From Nitrospirota bacterium (GTDB taxonomy: Bacteria; Nitrospirota; UBA9217): a stretch of 64,000 nucleotides of DNA. Below, one piece after another: positions 1 to 9,480 of the stretch. How positions within the stretch are numbered: the stretch's first letter is position 1; the number at the start of each line of letters is the position of its first letter. The translations under genes were made by a program, and so were the position numbers. The stretch covers positions 896,001 through 960,000 of the forward strand of contig CAWCKW010000012.1 of assembly GCA_963796285.1 (NCBI GenBank), written 5' to 3'. The notes beneath the pieces are model-generated. The model saw nothing but the letters and a program-made list of their open reading frames with translations. It ran no database searches and had not been told where the DNA came from.

Positions 1-386
1 CCGGTGGCGGACGCGTCAGTATCGAGCCAGGTTAGAGGCCATTCTATGGGATTCGTGATGTGATGGTCGATATTGATCAGTATGTCGGCGGGAGTGGACT
101 TGTCAAACAGTCCGGTTCGAGGCGGGTCTGCATCAACGACAATATACGCGTCATACCGGCCCTGCACCGGCTTGCCGATCCTGATCCGATGGTTCTGCGG
201 CAGGAAACGGTAAATCTCCGGTACCGGATCCAGATTGTGCGCAATCACCGTCTTGCCCATTTTTTCCAGCGCGAGCATGAGCCCCAGTTGAGATCCGAGG
301 GCGTCTCCATCAGGGCTTTTATGCGTGGAAATGAGAACGCTCGTGCACCCTTTCAGCGACTCAGCGATGCTCGCAAGGTTATTCAT
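1..386 (-). CDS. nrnA: DHH family phosphoesterase (NrnA-like), 3' end outside window
   Basis: Manual translation [32 protein letters not shown]...VVD...NIDHH shows the DxD and DHH motifs; directly follows rbfA. Confidence 0.88.
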   Translation of the reverse strand, partial: MNNLASIAESLKGCTSVLISTHKSPDGDALGSQLGLMLALEKMGKTVIAHNLDPVPEIYRFLPQNHRIRIGKPVQGRYDAYIVVDADPPRTGLFDKSTPADILINIDHHITNPIEWPLTWLDTDASAT

Positions 387-768
387 GCTCCGGGTCTTTC
401 TTTTCCTTCTCTTCAGTCGTCTGCTTTTCCTCGATCTCGTGCAGCAGTTCCATGATATGCGCGCCCTGCTCGACCGTACTGTCGAAGCGGAACAGTATTT
501 CCGGAACGCACCTCATCGTCATCCGCCTGCCGAGTTCCGACCGGATAAATGGTGCGGCGCTTTTCAAGCCCTTGAAGGTCTCTTCCTTATCGCCGCCATA
601 GACGCTCACGAAGACCTTTGCATTCCTGAGGTCGTCAGACAACTCGACGTCGGTTACCGTGACAAACCCTATTCGGGGGTCCTTGATCTTTCTCATCAGG
701 ATATCGGCGATCTCCTGTTTCATCTGGTCGCCGACGCGTACTGATCTTTTGTATGTTGGTTTGGCCAT
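379..768 (-). CDS. rbfA: Ribosome-binding factor A
   Basis: [25 protein letters not shown] and PEILFRFD motifs; infB operon context. Confidence 0.97.
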   Translation of the reverse strand: MAKPTYKRSVRVGDQMKQEIADILMRKIKDPRIGFVTVTDVELSDDLRNAKVFVSVYGGDKEETFKGLKSAAPFIRSELGRRMTMRCVPEILFRFDSTVEQGAHIMELLHEIEEKQTTEEKEKKDPEHE

Positions 769-776
769 GGTTAAAA

Positions 777-878
777 TCAGAAGACAGGAGTCAGAATGCA
801 GGAGTCAGGAGAAAAATAGCGCATCAGGTTCACATCAGATTTTATGCTGGCTTCTGGATACTGGCTTCTGGCTCCTGT
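777..878. repeat. Inverted heptamer arrays (CAGGAGT/CAGAATG x5 ... CTGGCTT/CTGGCTC x4-5)
   Basis: Read directly in the DUF503-rbfA spacer. Confidence 0.75.
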
Positions 879-881
879 TCC

Positions 882-1163
882 TTAAAATATTTCGATGTGA
901 TAATCCAGGAGGCTTATTTCCGGAACACCGCGGACCATGTTCAGCACATGATCCAGCGTCTGGTTCAGGTGGGATTTATCATTGCTCACAGCGGCCACTG
1001 CCAAGGACGCCTTCTGCCAGAGATCGTTGTTGTCGACCTCAGCCACCGAGACATTGAACTTGTTCCGCATCCTGTCCTTCAGGCTGTGGAGAGAATGCCT
1101 CTTTGCCTTAAGCGACCCGCTGTCGGGAATATGGATTTCTATGGTACAAACACCGATAAACAT
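882..1163 (-). CDS. DUF503 (YlxP-like) protein
   Basis: SLKAKR...KFNVSVAEVDNNDLWQ motif; lies between infB and rbfA. Confidence 0.93.
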   Translation of the reverse strand: MFIGVCTIEIHIPDSGSLKAKRHSLHSLKDRMRNKFNVSVAEVDNNDLWQKASLAVAAVSNDKSHLNQTLDHVLNMVRGVPEISLLDYHIEIF

Positions 1164-1219
1164 CGTTCAACCACTGCCGGATCCCGGGAAAATCGCCTCC
1201 GGAAGCATGGCCAGGCACC

Positions 1220-3866
1220 TTACAGTTTTCCCGCCACCTTGTCGATCACATAAGCCTCAATGATATCGCCGACCTTGATATCGTTGAAGTTCTCAATACC
1301 GATACCGCACTCATATCCTGACTGCACCTCGCGTACGTCGTCCTTGAACCGTTTGAGCGAATGGAATTTCCCCGTGTACACAAGCACATTGTCGCGGATC
1401 ACTCGTACGCCGTCGCACTGGCGGGAGAGGACACCTTCCACGACATGCGATCCCGCGATCGTGCCGACCTTGGACACATGAAAGGTCTGACGCACTTCAG
1501 CACGTCCGAGGATTCGCTCTTTGAGCGTTGGCTCGAGCAGGCCTTCCATGGCGGCTTTAATGTCATCGATGGCGTTGTAAATGATGTTGTATAAGCGGAT
1601 GTCCACTCCCTCGCGCTGTGCCAGTTCGGTTGCCTTGGGTTCCGGACGGACACTGAAACCGATGATGATGGCATTCGAGGCGGCAGCAAGCATCACGTCC
1701 GTTTCCGTGATCGCACCCACGGAAGAATGGATGACCTTGAGTTTGACGGCAGAAGTCGACAGCTTTTCGAGTGAATCCACGATGGCCCCGGCCGAGCCCG
1801 ACACGTCGGCCTTGATCACGATATTGAGCTCCTTGACCACGCCTTCCTGGATCTGGGCGTGGAGATCTTCGAGCGTAACCTTCTTCATCGTTGCCATTTC
1901 GGTGCTTCTCTGCTTGGCTTGCCTGGCCTCTGCGATCTGACGGGCCTTGCGTTCCTCCTCAAGCACGACAAATCGATCGCCCGCAAGCGGAACATTTGAA
2001 AAACCGATGACTTCGGCGGGCATGGATGGTCCGGCGCTCTCCACCCGTTCACCCTTATCGTTAATAAGCGCCCGCACTTTTCCGAACTGCGAACCGGTCA
2101 CAAAATAATCGCCGACCTTCAGGGTGCCGGACTGTACCAGCACCGTCGCCACCGGGCCTCGTCCTTTGTCCAGTTTTGCCTCGATGACCGTACCACGCGC
2201 CATTTTGTCGGGGTTCGCTTTGAGCTCAAGCACATCGGCCTGGATAAGGATCATTTCGAGCAGATGTTCGAGGCCGATCTTTTTCTTCGCCGATACCTCG
2301 CAGAAGATGGTCTGACCGCCCCATTCCTCGGGTGTGAGTTCAAACTCCGCAAGTTCCTGCTTGACCCGATCCGGCTTGGCTTCGGGTTTATCGATCTTGT
2401 TGATCGCTACGATGATGGGAACGCCGGCTGCTTTGGCGTGGTTGACTGCCTCGCGCGTTTGCGGCATCACACCGTCATCGGCGGCAACGACGAGGATCAC
2501 AATGTCCGTTACCTGTGCGCCGCGGGCACGCATTGCCGTAAACGCCGCATGGCCGGGTGTGTCGAGGAACGTAATGTCGCGTCCTTTCAGGCTCACCTGA
2601 TAGGCGCCGATATGCTGGGTAATGCCTCCGGCTTCCCTCGAAACAACATTCGTTTCCCGAACAGCGTCGAGGAGCGACGTCTTTCCATGGTCCACATGGC
2701 CCATGATCGTAACCACGGGCGGCCGCAATACCTGGGATTCGGCCGTATCGGCCTTTTCCTCCAGAATGTCTTCGGCCGTCTCTATGCTCGTGATCTCGGC
2801 CTTGATGCCGTATTCCTCGGCAAGGAGCATGGCTGCATCAGTATCCATGACCTGGTTTTGCGTCGCCATGATGCCGTTGACCATGAGCTTCTTTATCACA
2901 TCGCTGACCTTCTGACCGATTACCTCGGCGAATTCCTTGATAGTGCACGCCTTCCTGTATCTTGACAACCTTCTTTCGCGGCTTGGTGATATCGGCCACA
3001 TCGGTCTGCGGCGCATGACGTTCGTCCTTCTTATGCGGTCTTTTGCCGAGGGGCAACGTCTTGAGATCGGGAAGTTTCTTGAACGATGGTTTTTCGCGGA
3101 ACTCCCGATCCGTCTTGCTCTCGAATTCACCTTTTTTCTGCCACTTTTTCTTTGATGGTTTGCCGGGGATCGGCATCAATGACGGCGGCAGCTGCGTTGG
3201 TTCAAGCACCGGCGATCTGAACGAGGATCTTTCGACAGGCCGCCCTGCTGTCCGCGGCGGCGCACCAGGACGCTGCGGCGAATATCCCGGCCGCGCTGGC
3301 GCGCCGGGGCGCTGCGGTGCGAAGCCTGGCCGCACCGGTGCGCCGGGACGCTGCGGCGTGAAGCTGGGCCGCGCCGGCGCAGTGGGGCGCTGCGGCATTG
3401 GGGCCGGCTGCGCTGTCGCTGCCGGCTGAGGTTGTATGGCGGCTTGCGCGGGCTGAACAGAAACGCTTATTTCTTCAACCTTGGCAGGCTGAACTGGCGC
3501 TGCATGGGAAACAGGCGGAATGACCGGCGGAGCGGGAAGGGTCGGCTTCGGCGGAGGAACAGGAGCTGGTTTCGGTTTTACCCCTGGTTTTTCGAGCGTT
3601 GACGAAAATTTACCAATGAGTGCCGCGGCCTTCTTCAACCGGTCCTCTTTGGAGACGATCGCATCGGCCGGTTCTTTCTTTACCTTGTCTTTTTCCTTTT
3701 CTTTTCGACTCGCCTTCAACTTCTCGATCAGGGACTTGGCCTCCTTGTCATCAAGACCGCTCGACGGCGTTTTGCTCTTGATGCCCATCTTATCAAGGAC
3801 GGAGATGATGTCCTTGCTTTCGACTCCCATTTTTTTGGCCAACTCGTGTACCCTGATTACCGTCAT
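1220..3866 (-). CDS. infB: Translation initiation factor IF-2 (frameshift near 2950, probably a sequencing error)
   Basis: N-terminal IRVHELAK and Pro-rich linker in ORF 2838-3884; [13 protein letters not shown] and NKID in ORF 1220-3130. Confidence 0.97.
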
Positions 3867-3913
3867 AAAATCACATACCCCCAAAAGGTTGTTATTGAAT
3901 GTTGCATTTTACT

Positions 3914-4505
3914 CTACTCATTGATATTTATCAAGCCCTTTAATCTTTCGGTCTCTTTCCAGAGCGCATTGGCAAGTCCGTTATCCTCTATCCCGATCAC
4001 CCCGACCAGTTCACGATTCAGCAGTGTCCCAAGCTCTTCCCGGGTGAAAAGAGTCGCACACCGCACTGATGCGGCAGAGGGGGTCGCCACTTTGTCCTTC
4101 GTCCCTTCGGACAGGTCGAGCGTGTACAGGAGCATGGAAACACGGCCTTTTTCCACAGCATCATGGACCGCGGAGTATCCGGCCGCCAGTTTGCCCGCCT
4201 TGGCCGACATGACAATGAGCGCCTTGATTTTCTCCGTAATGAGTTCCGACAAGCTGAGCAATAAAGACCTCTGCGTCCGGCGGCCTGACCCTGCTATGCA
4301 GCGCTCGTGAAAGGTTTTCTTTGCTGAGCGATTTTGTTATGCACTCCACCGTCGGACAGACATAGGCCGCGCGGCCCGGGAGCTTCTCCCGGTAGTCGAT
4401 AGCGACACCCAGGGGTCCTGCAACGATCCGCACGACAGCGTCCTTCTCAAATACGCCACGACAACCGATGCACGTTCTTTCCGGCTCATGTTTCATCTTA
4501 TTCAC
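3914..4505 (-). CDS. YlxR/RnpM (DUF448) plus L7Ae/YlxQ, probably one fused gene split by a frameshift near 4255
   Basis: PERTCIGCR...GRAAYVC in 4161-4505; AKAGKLAAGYSAV...FTREELG in 3914-4261. Confidence 0.85.
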
Positions 4506-4519
4506 AGTGCGGGCAATGA

Positions 4520-5873
4520 CTACTTCCGGATAAGCGCACTCGCAGACAACAGTATCTTTTGTGCAGTTTTCTCACCGATACCGGGGATCGCCAGGATATC
4601 CTCACTGGACATGGCGGCAATCTTCTCCACCGTATCATAGCCTGCCTCAATGAGCTGTTCCGCCGTTTTCTGTCCTACGCCCTCGATGATCGTCAGGTCT
4701 GGACCTGACTTCGCTTCACCGGAGTCGGTCCCGGCGACTTCAGCCTCCATGGTCTCGGCAGCTTCGTTCTCCTCTGCCATTTTCCGAGTTTCTTCAACGA
4801 TCGCTGCTTCGATCTCCTGCTCACGTTCCTTTTGCCGCTCCTGATCGTATTCGGATTCGCTCAGAATATCGATCTTCCAGCCGGTGAGCTTTGCCGCAAG
4901 CCTCACATTCTGGCCTTTTTTCCCGATGGCGAGGGAAAGCTGGGAATCGGCGACCACGATCAGGGCCGAGCGGTCTTCCTCGGTCACGCCTACCTTCTCA
5001 ACCACGGCAGGGCTCAATGCCTTGGCGATAAAAATGCGCGGATCTTCGGACCAGGGGATGATATCGATCTTCTCTCCCCGCAGTTCTCGGACCACGGCCT
5101 GCACGCGGGAACCTTTCATTCCAACGCAGGCGCCGACCGGATCAACCTGCGGTTCTTTTGACGCTACAGCTATCTTCGTGCGGTCTCCTGCCTCGCGGAC
5201 AACTGCCTTTGACCTCAACGATATTCTCGTAAATTTCCGGCACCTCCATCTCGAATAACCGGGAGACGAAATCCGGATGGGCGCGGGAGAGGACCACTTG
5301 CGGACCTTTCGAGGTGTCGCGGACCTCAAGCACATAGGCCCTGACGCGGTCTCCCCTGCGGTAGCTCTCACGCGGTACCTGCTCGCGCGCGGGCAGAACA
5401 GCTTCGGTCTTGCCCAGGTCGATGTAGTAGGCGCCCTTCTCATGACGCAAAACAATGCCGTTCACGAGCTGGCCGATTTTATCGTTGAACTCCCTGAGGA
5501 TAACATCGCGTTCGGCCTCGCGCACTTTCTGCACGATGACCTGGCGGGCGGTCTGCGCCGCGATCCTTCCGAAGCCTTGAAACTCGACCTGCAAGGGAAC
5601 TTCTCCATCCATCTGCGCATCCGGGTAGAGCGTCAGCGCCTCATCAAGGGTGATCTCCTCCTCGGGGTTTGAGACCTCCGCCACGACCTTCTTGTAGGCG
5701 TACATGATGATGTCTCCCCGCTTGGGGTCGATCTGCACCGCGATCCGCTGGGAGCCGTATTTCTTCTTGGCCGCGCTCACCAGCGCCGACTCAACAGCCT
5801 CTACGACCATCTCTTTCGCGATGCCCTTTTCCTTGCTGATCTGATCGATCACATGAATCAGCTCTTGACTCAT
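4520..5873 (-). CDS. nusA: Transcription termination/antitermination factor NusA (frameshift near 5205)
   Basis: [25 protein letters not shown] and [14 protein letters not shown]; C-terminal HhH repeat. Confidence 0.97.
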
Positions 5874-5950
5874 AAGCTTTTCTCCTCCTGATAGATCTTT
5901 TAAATTAATTTTTCAGAGATTAAGAAAACAGATATTCAGATATTACCCTA

Positions 5951-6165
5951 ACCCGGACAAGCCGGAAACTAAAGGGCGTCTCTCGTACCCTGCTCTTGCG
6001 ATAACGCGGGCACAAGCAGAGCTCGCGGAGCACGCAGAGTTAAATAAAAACTTTTTTTAAGTCTTAGTTTTAAACCGGAATATTTTTTAATCTTTTCTCT
6101 GCGAACTCTGCTTGTGCCCGCGTTCTGGCTACAGCAGGGTACGCCTCTGCGAGAAATTTTTCCCC
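5951..6165. repeat. Dispersed palindromic intergenic element, copy 1, with two nested 31-bp inserts
   Basis: Shares CCGGACAAGCCGGAA...TCTCGTACCCTGCTCTTGCGATAACGCGGGCACAAGCA and CTCTGCGAGA ends with 44869-45045. Confidence 0.85.
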
Positions 6166-6183
6166 GTTTTGATAAGTTAATGG

Positions 6184-6645
6184 CTAAAACTCCACCTCTA
6201 GCGAGGCTTTGGTGATACCGGTCATCGGTATCTCAAGTACCACTCCCGTTTCGAGTTCCATGCTTACCCTGCCTTCAACCAATCCAAGAAGCGTTCCGCG
6301 GAAGACCTTCTGCCCGTTGATGGACTGAAAGGTCTTTATCTTTACCCTGCTTCCCGTGAACCGGGCAAAGTGCTCGGGCTTCGAAAGTGACCGGTCAAGA
6401 CCTGGTGACGATACCTCAAGGGTATACGCGTGCGATATTATGTCCTCCACGTCCAGTGCCGCGCCGAGGTCTCTGTTCACGGTCTCGCAGTCGTTCAGCG
6501 TGACACCACCGGATTCGCGGTCAATAAAAATACGGAGAAGCCACTGGGGCCCCTGTTTATGGAACTCCAAGTCCCAGAGCGTCAAACCCATGGATTCGAG
6601 GATAGGAATCAGGATCTGCCGGATCTGCTCCGCAATATCAGACAT
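6184..6645 (-). CDS. rimP: Ribosome maturation factor RimP
   Basis: LRIFID...DCE...YTLEVSSPGLDR. Confidence 0.97.
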   Translation of the reverse strand: MSDIAEQIRQILIPILESMGLTLWDLEFHKQGPQWLLRIFIDRESGGVTLNDCETVNRDLGAALDVEDIISHAYTLEVSSPGLDRSLSKPEHFARFTGSRVKIKTFQSINGQKVFRGTLLGLVEGRVSMELETGVVLEIPMTGITKASLEVEF

Positions 6646-6659
6646 TCAAACCCCCAAAT

Positions 6660-6689
6660 AAAAAGAGTGGGCAAAAGATGCCCACTCTT
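6660..6689 (-). promoter_or_regulatory. rimP leader attenuator hairpin
   Basis: AAGAGTGGGCA-tctttt-GCCCACTCTTTTT just upstream of rimP, matching the widely conserved rimP leader. Confidence 0.75.
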
Positions 6690-7043
6690 CAAGGAATTTC
6701 CCAGAGTGTTGGATAGTATTTAACACAGTAAACTAAGGAATGCAAGGGAAAAATGGCCTCATTTCTTTTGTCCATGGATGTGGGATCCGGAATGCATACG
6801 GGTGTGTCGAGGTTCAAAGCATTTTATGGGAGGATTGCGCTATGTTTCAGATGTGAAAAATCTGCTGATTGCATGTGAATGCAGCCCGAATGCAAGTATG
6901 TTGCATCTGCAAACACGAACCACCGGAACGCCGGAGGTGCATCGACGCTTGCCTTGAACGTCTTCTTCCTGGATTTTGTCAGTCTTCAGCCACCGTCCGC
7001 ATATTCTTTATGCGCACAGGTCAAGCGACGGTGGAACAAAGGC

Positions 7044-7081
7044 AAAAAAAAGCAGGCACTGAAAACGATCAGGGCCTGCTT
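7044..7081 (-). terminator. Intrinsic terminator of the csp gene
   Basis: AAGCAGGC...GCCTGCTTTTTTT on the minus strand. Confidence 0.8.
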
Positions 7082-7100
7082 CAAAGGGTTAAGCGTTCGC

Positions 7101-7301
7101 TTAGAGCTTTACAACGTTGGATGCCTTGGGGCCCTTGGGTGAGTCGACAACGTCGAACTGCACTTGCTGGCCTTCGGCCAACGACTTAAAGCCGCTGTCC
7201 TGAATGTCGCCGAAATGAACGAACACATCGCCGCCTTGTTCACGGGTAATGAAGCCAAAACCTTTGGCATCATTGAACCACTTGACTGTACCATTTTCCA
7301 T
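7101..7301 (-). CDS. Cold-shock protein (CspA family)
   Basis: [15 protein letters not shown] and DVFVHF. Confidence 0.97.
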   Translation of the reverse strand: MENGTVKWFNDAKGFGFITREQGGDVFVHFGDIQDSGFKSLAEGQQVQFDVVDSPKGPKASNVVKL

Positions 7302-7633
7302 GATGAGCTACCTCCTTCTTAATGTATTGAAGCCGACGGAAAGGACAAAAAAAATACCGCAAAGTCGAACTGTCTTTGCGGTTACCCTACAAGTACATCC
7401 GGAACTTCTAGGCATCATAGTCTCACTTTGGCGCCAGGAAGTCAAGGGTTATTATTTTGAGCGTTATTCTTTCGGGGAGAAGAACCCTTGCTGGGTCACT
7501 TCTATTAGGTATTGCTGAATACATTATTTTTGCCATGGTTCGGCAGGGGCGGTAAAAAAGTTCTTGTCAATACAGTCTTAATGGCTTATAGTTGCTGCAT
7601 TGCAGCACCATTCTAATTCACAGGAGGATAAAT

Positions 7634-7921
7634 ATGGCAAAGGCAATGACGAAGTCCCAGTTGGTGACGAAGCTCGCGGAGAAGGCATCACTCACCAAGA
7701 AGGCAGCCGGTGAGATATTGGATTTCATCGCAGAAGTGGCCTATAAGGAAGCAAAGAACACGTTCACGTTGCCCGGGCTCGGCAAACTCGTGCTGGTACA
7801 GCGCAAGGCCCGCATGGGCAGAAACCCTGCAACCGGTGAAACCATCAAGATCAAGGCAAAGAAGGTCGTCAAGTTCCGGGTTGCCAAAGCCGCCAAAGAC
7901 GCGATCCTCGGCGCAAAGTAA
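7634..7921 (+). CDS. hup: HU family DNA-binding protein
   Basis: RKARMGRNPATGETIKI; AGGAGG RBS; GC hairpin at 7946-7970. Confidence 0.95.
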   Translation: MAKAMTKSQLVTKLAEKASLTKKAAGEILDFIAEVAYKEAKNTFTLPGLGKLVLVQRKARMGRNPATGETIKIKAKKVVKFRVAKAAKDAILGAK

Positions 7922-8091
7922 ACGATCCCTTACAATACAATACGACGCCCGCTCCTGACACGAGCGGGCATAATTAGTACCAGGTACATCTTAGCGATCT
8001 CCTCTACTGCTCTGTCAGAATTCGACAATAACGCTGTTACACCCTTCGTCCTCATCGAACCATGAACAGGTTGAAAAAGAATAATGATGCT

Positions 8092-8370
8092 ATGACCGAT
8101 CCTCAGTCGATACAGCTGCCTATAGACGGCACACTCGACCTTCACACGTTCCTGCCCAACGAAGTTACGGACCTTGTGCCCGAGTATCTGGCAGCCTGCC
8201 GGGAACACGACATATTCCAGGTCCGCATCGTACATGGAAAAGGCATCGGCACGCTCAGGCGTACCGTGGAATCCGTCCTCCGCAAGCTCTCATGCGTGGA
8301 ATCATTCAGAACAGCCCAAGAAGACGCCGGGGGCTGGGGAGCGACGATCGTGACGCTTCTGAGAAAATGA
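8092..8370 (+). CDS. Smr/MutS2 C-terminal domain protein
   Basis: LDLH...IVHGKGIGTLR...GGWGAT. Confidence 0.92.
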   Translation: MTDPQSIQLPIDGTLDLHTFLPNEVTDLVPEYLAACREHDIFQVRIVHGKGIGTLRRTVESVLRKLSCVESFRTAQEDAGGWGATIVTLLRK

Positions 8371-8966
8371 CCATGATGGTCAATCATTTTCAGAAGATGA
8401 TCAGTATCGTGATCTGCGCCGTTGTACTGCATTCCTGCGCCCCTTCCCCTTCACGGATCGATACCGGGTCGCTCAAGATGCGATCGCGGCCGAAGATATC
8501 CGCGGCCGGCTTGGAAAAGCAGATCCACACCCTTATAAATAGGGAACGACACAAACAGGGCTTGTCACAACTCGAATGGGATGATGCTCTGGCAGGCATT
8601 GGAAGGAAACACAGCCGGGACATGGCCGCGAGGAATTACTTTGACCATAACTCGCCGGAAGGGCATGACTTCTTGTACCGGTACCAGCAGGATGGATATC
8701 AGTGTGGTATCCGGATCAACAAGACAATACACATGGGTGCTGAGAACATCGCTCTAAACAACCTGTATGATTCCATTACCACGGTAAACGGCGTCGCATT
8801 CTATGACTGGAATTCACAGGAAAAGATCGCTGATACAACGGTACAGGGATGGATGAAAAGCCCGGGACACCGGAAGAACATTCTTACGCCTCATTTGAGA
8901 CATGAGGGCATAGGCGTGATCGTGGCTCCGGATGACAAGGTCTATATAACGCAGAACTTTTGTTAA
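8367..8966 (+). CDS. CAP/SCP domain lipoprotein
   Basis: Lipobox LHSC; INRER, HSRDMA, AENI and WMKSPGHRKNIL. Confidence 0.92.
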   Translation: MTMMVNHFQKMISIVICAVVLHSCAPSPSRIDTGSLKMRSRPKISAAGLEKQIHTLINRERHKQGLSQLEWDDALAGIGRKHSRDMAARNYFDHNSPEGHDFLYRYQQDGYQCGIRINKTIHMGAENIALNNLYDSITTVNGVAFYDWNSQEKIADTTVQGWMKSPGHRKNILTPHLRHEGIGVIVAPDDKVYITQNFC

Positions 8967-8967
8967 C

Positions 8968-9363
8968 CTACCCTTTCCATGCAATAAAATCCATTTCAAT
9001 TGACACATCCTTCGGAAGACGGGACACTTCAACCGTGGCACGGGCAGGCGGGTCAGAGGGGAAATATCCACCGTACACCTCATTCACTTCAATGAAATCA
9101 GAAATGTTCTTTAAATAGATCGTGGCCTTTACCACCTTTGACATGCCGCACCCGGCTGCCGAGAGTATGGCATTAGCATTCTCCATGACCTGCCTGGTCT
9201 GTGCTTTTATGTCAGCCTGTACCACATTTCCTGATTTAGGGTCTAATGGTATCTGACCTGATATGAACACAAAACCACCTGCCTCAACAGCTTGGGAATA
9301 AGGCCCGATTGACTTGAGAGCATTAGCAGTTTTTACGATTTTCTTGTCCAAAATAACCTCCAT
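8968..9363 (-). CDS. ridA: RidA (YjgF/UK114) enamine deaminase
   Basis: GPYSQAV, SGQIP and [12 protein letters not shown]. Confidence 0.93.
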   Translation of the reverse strand: MEVILDKKIVKTANALKSIGPYSQAVEAGGFVFISGQIPLDPKSGNVVQADIKAQTRQVMENANAILSAAGCGMSKVVKATIYLKNISDFIEVNEVYGGYFPSDPPARATVEVSRLPKDVSIEMDFIAWKG

Positions 9364-9480
9364 AATATATTTAACTTAACGTTATAACATATTATTATTT
9401 AAAGCTATTTATAATATGAAGTAAACCATTAAGCTAATCATATAAACAATATGATCCTAAGCTCCTGAACCTGATCTTCC

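Noticed and set aside
3240-3420. PQRPGAP-type tandem repeats as a separate element
   Set aside because: This is the ordinary Pro/Ala-rich IF-2 linker.
6730-7040. ORFs or ncRNA between rimP and csp
   Set aside because: No RBS, motif or convincing structure.
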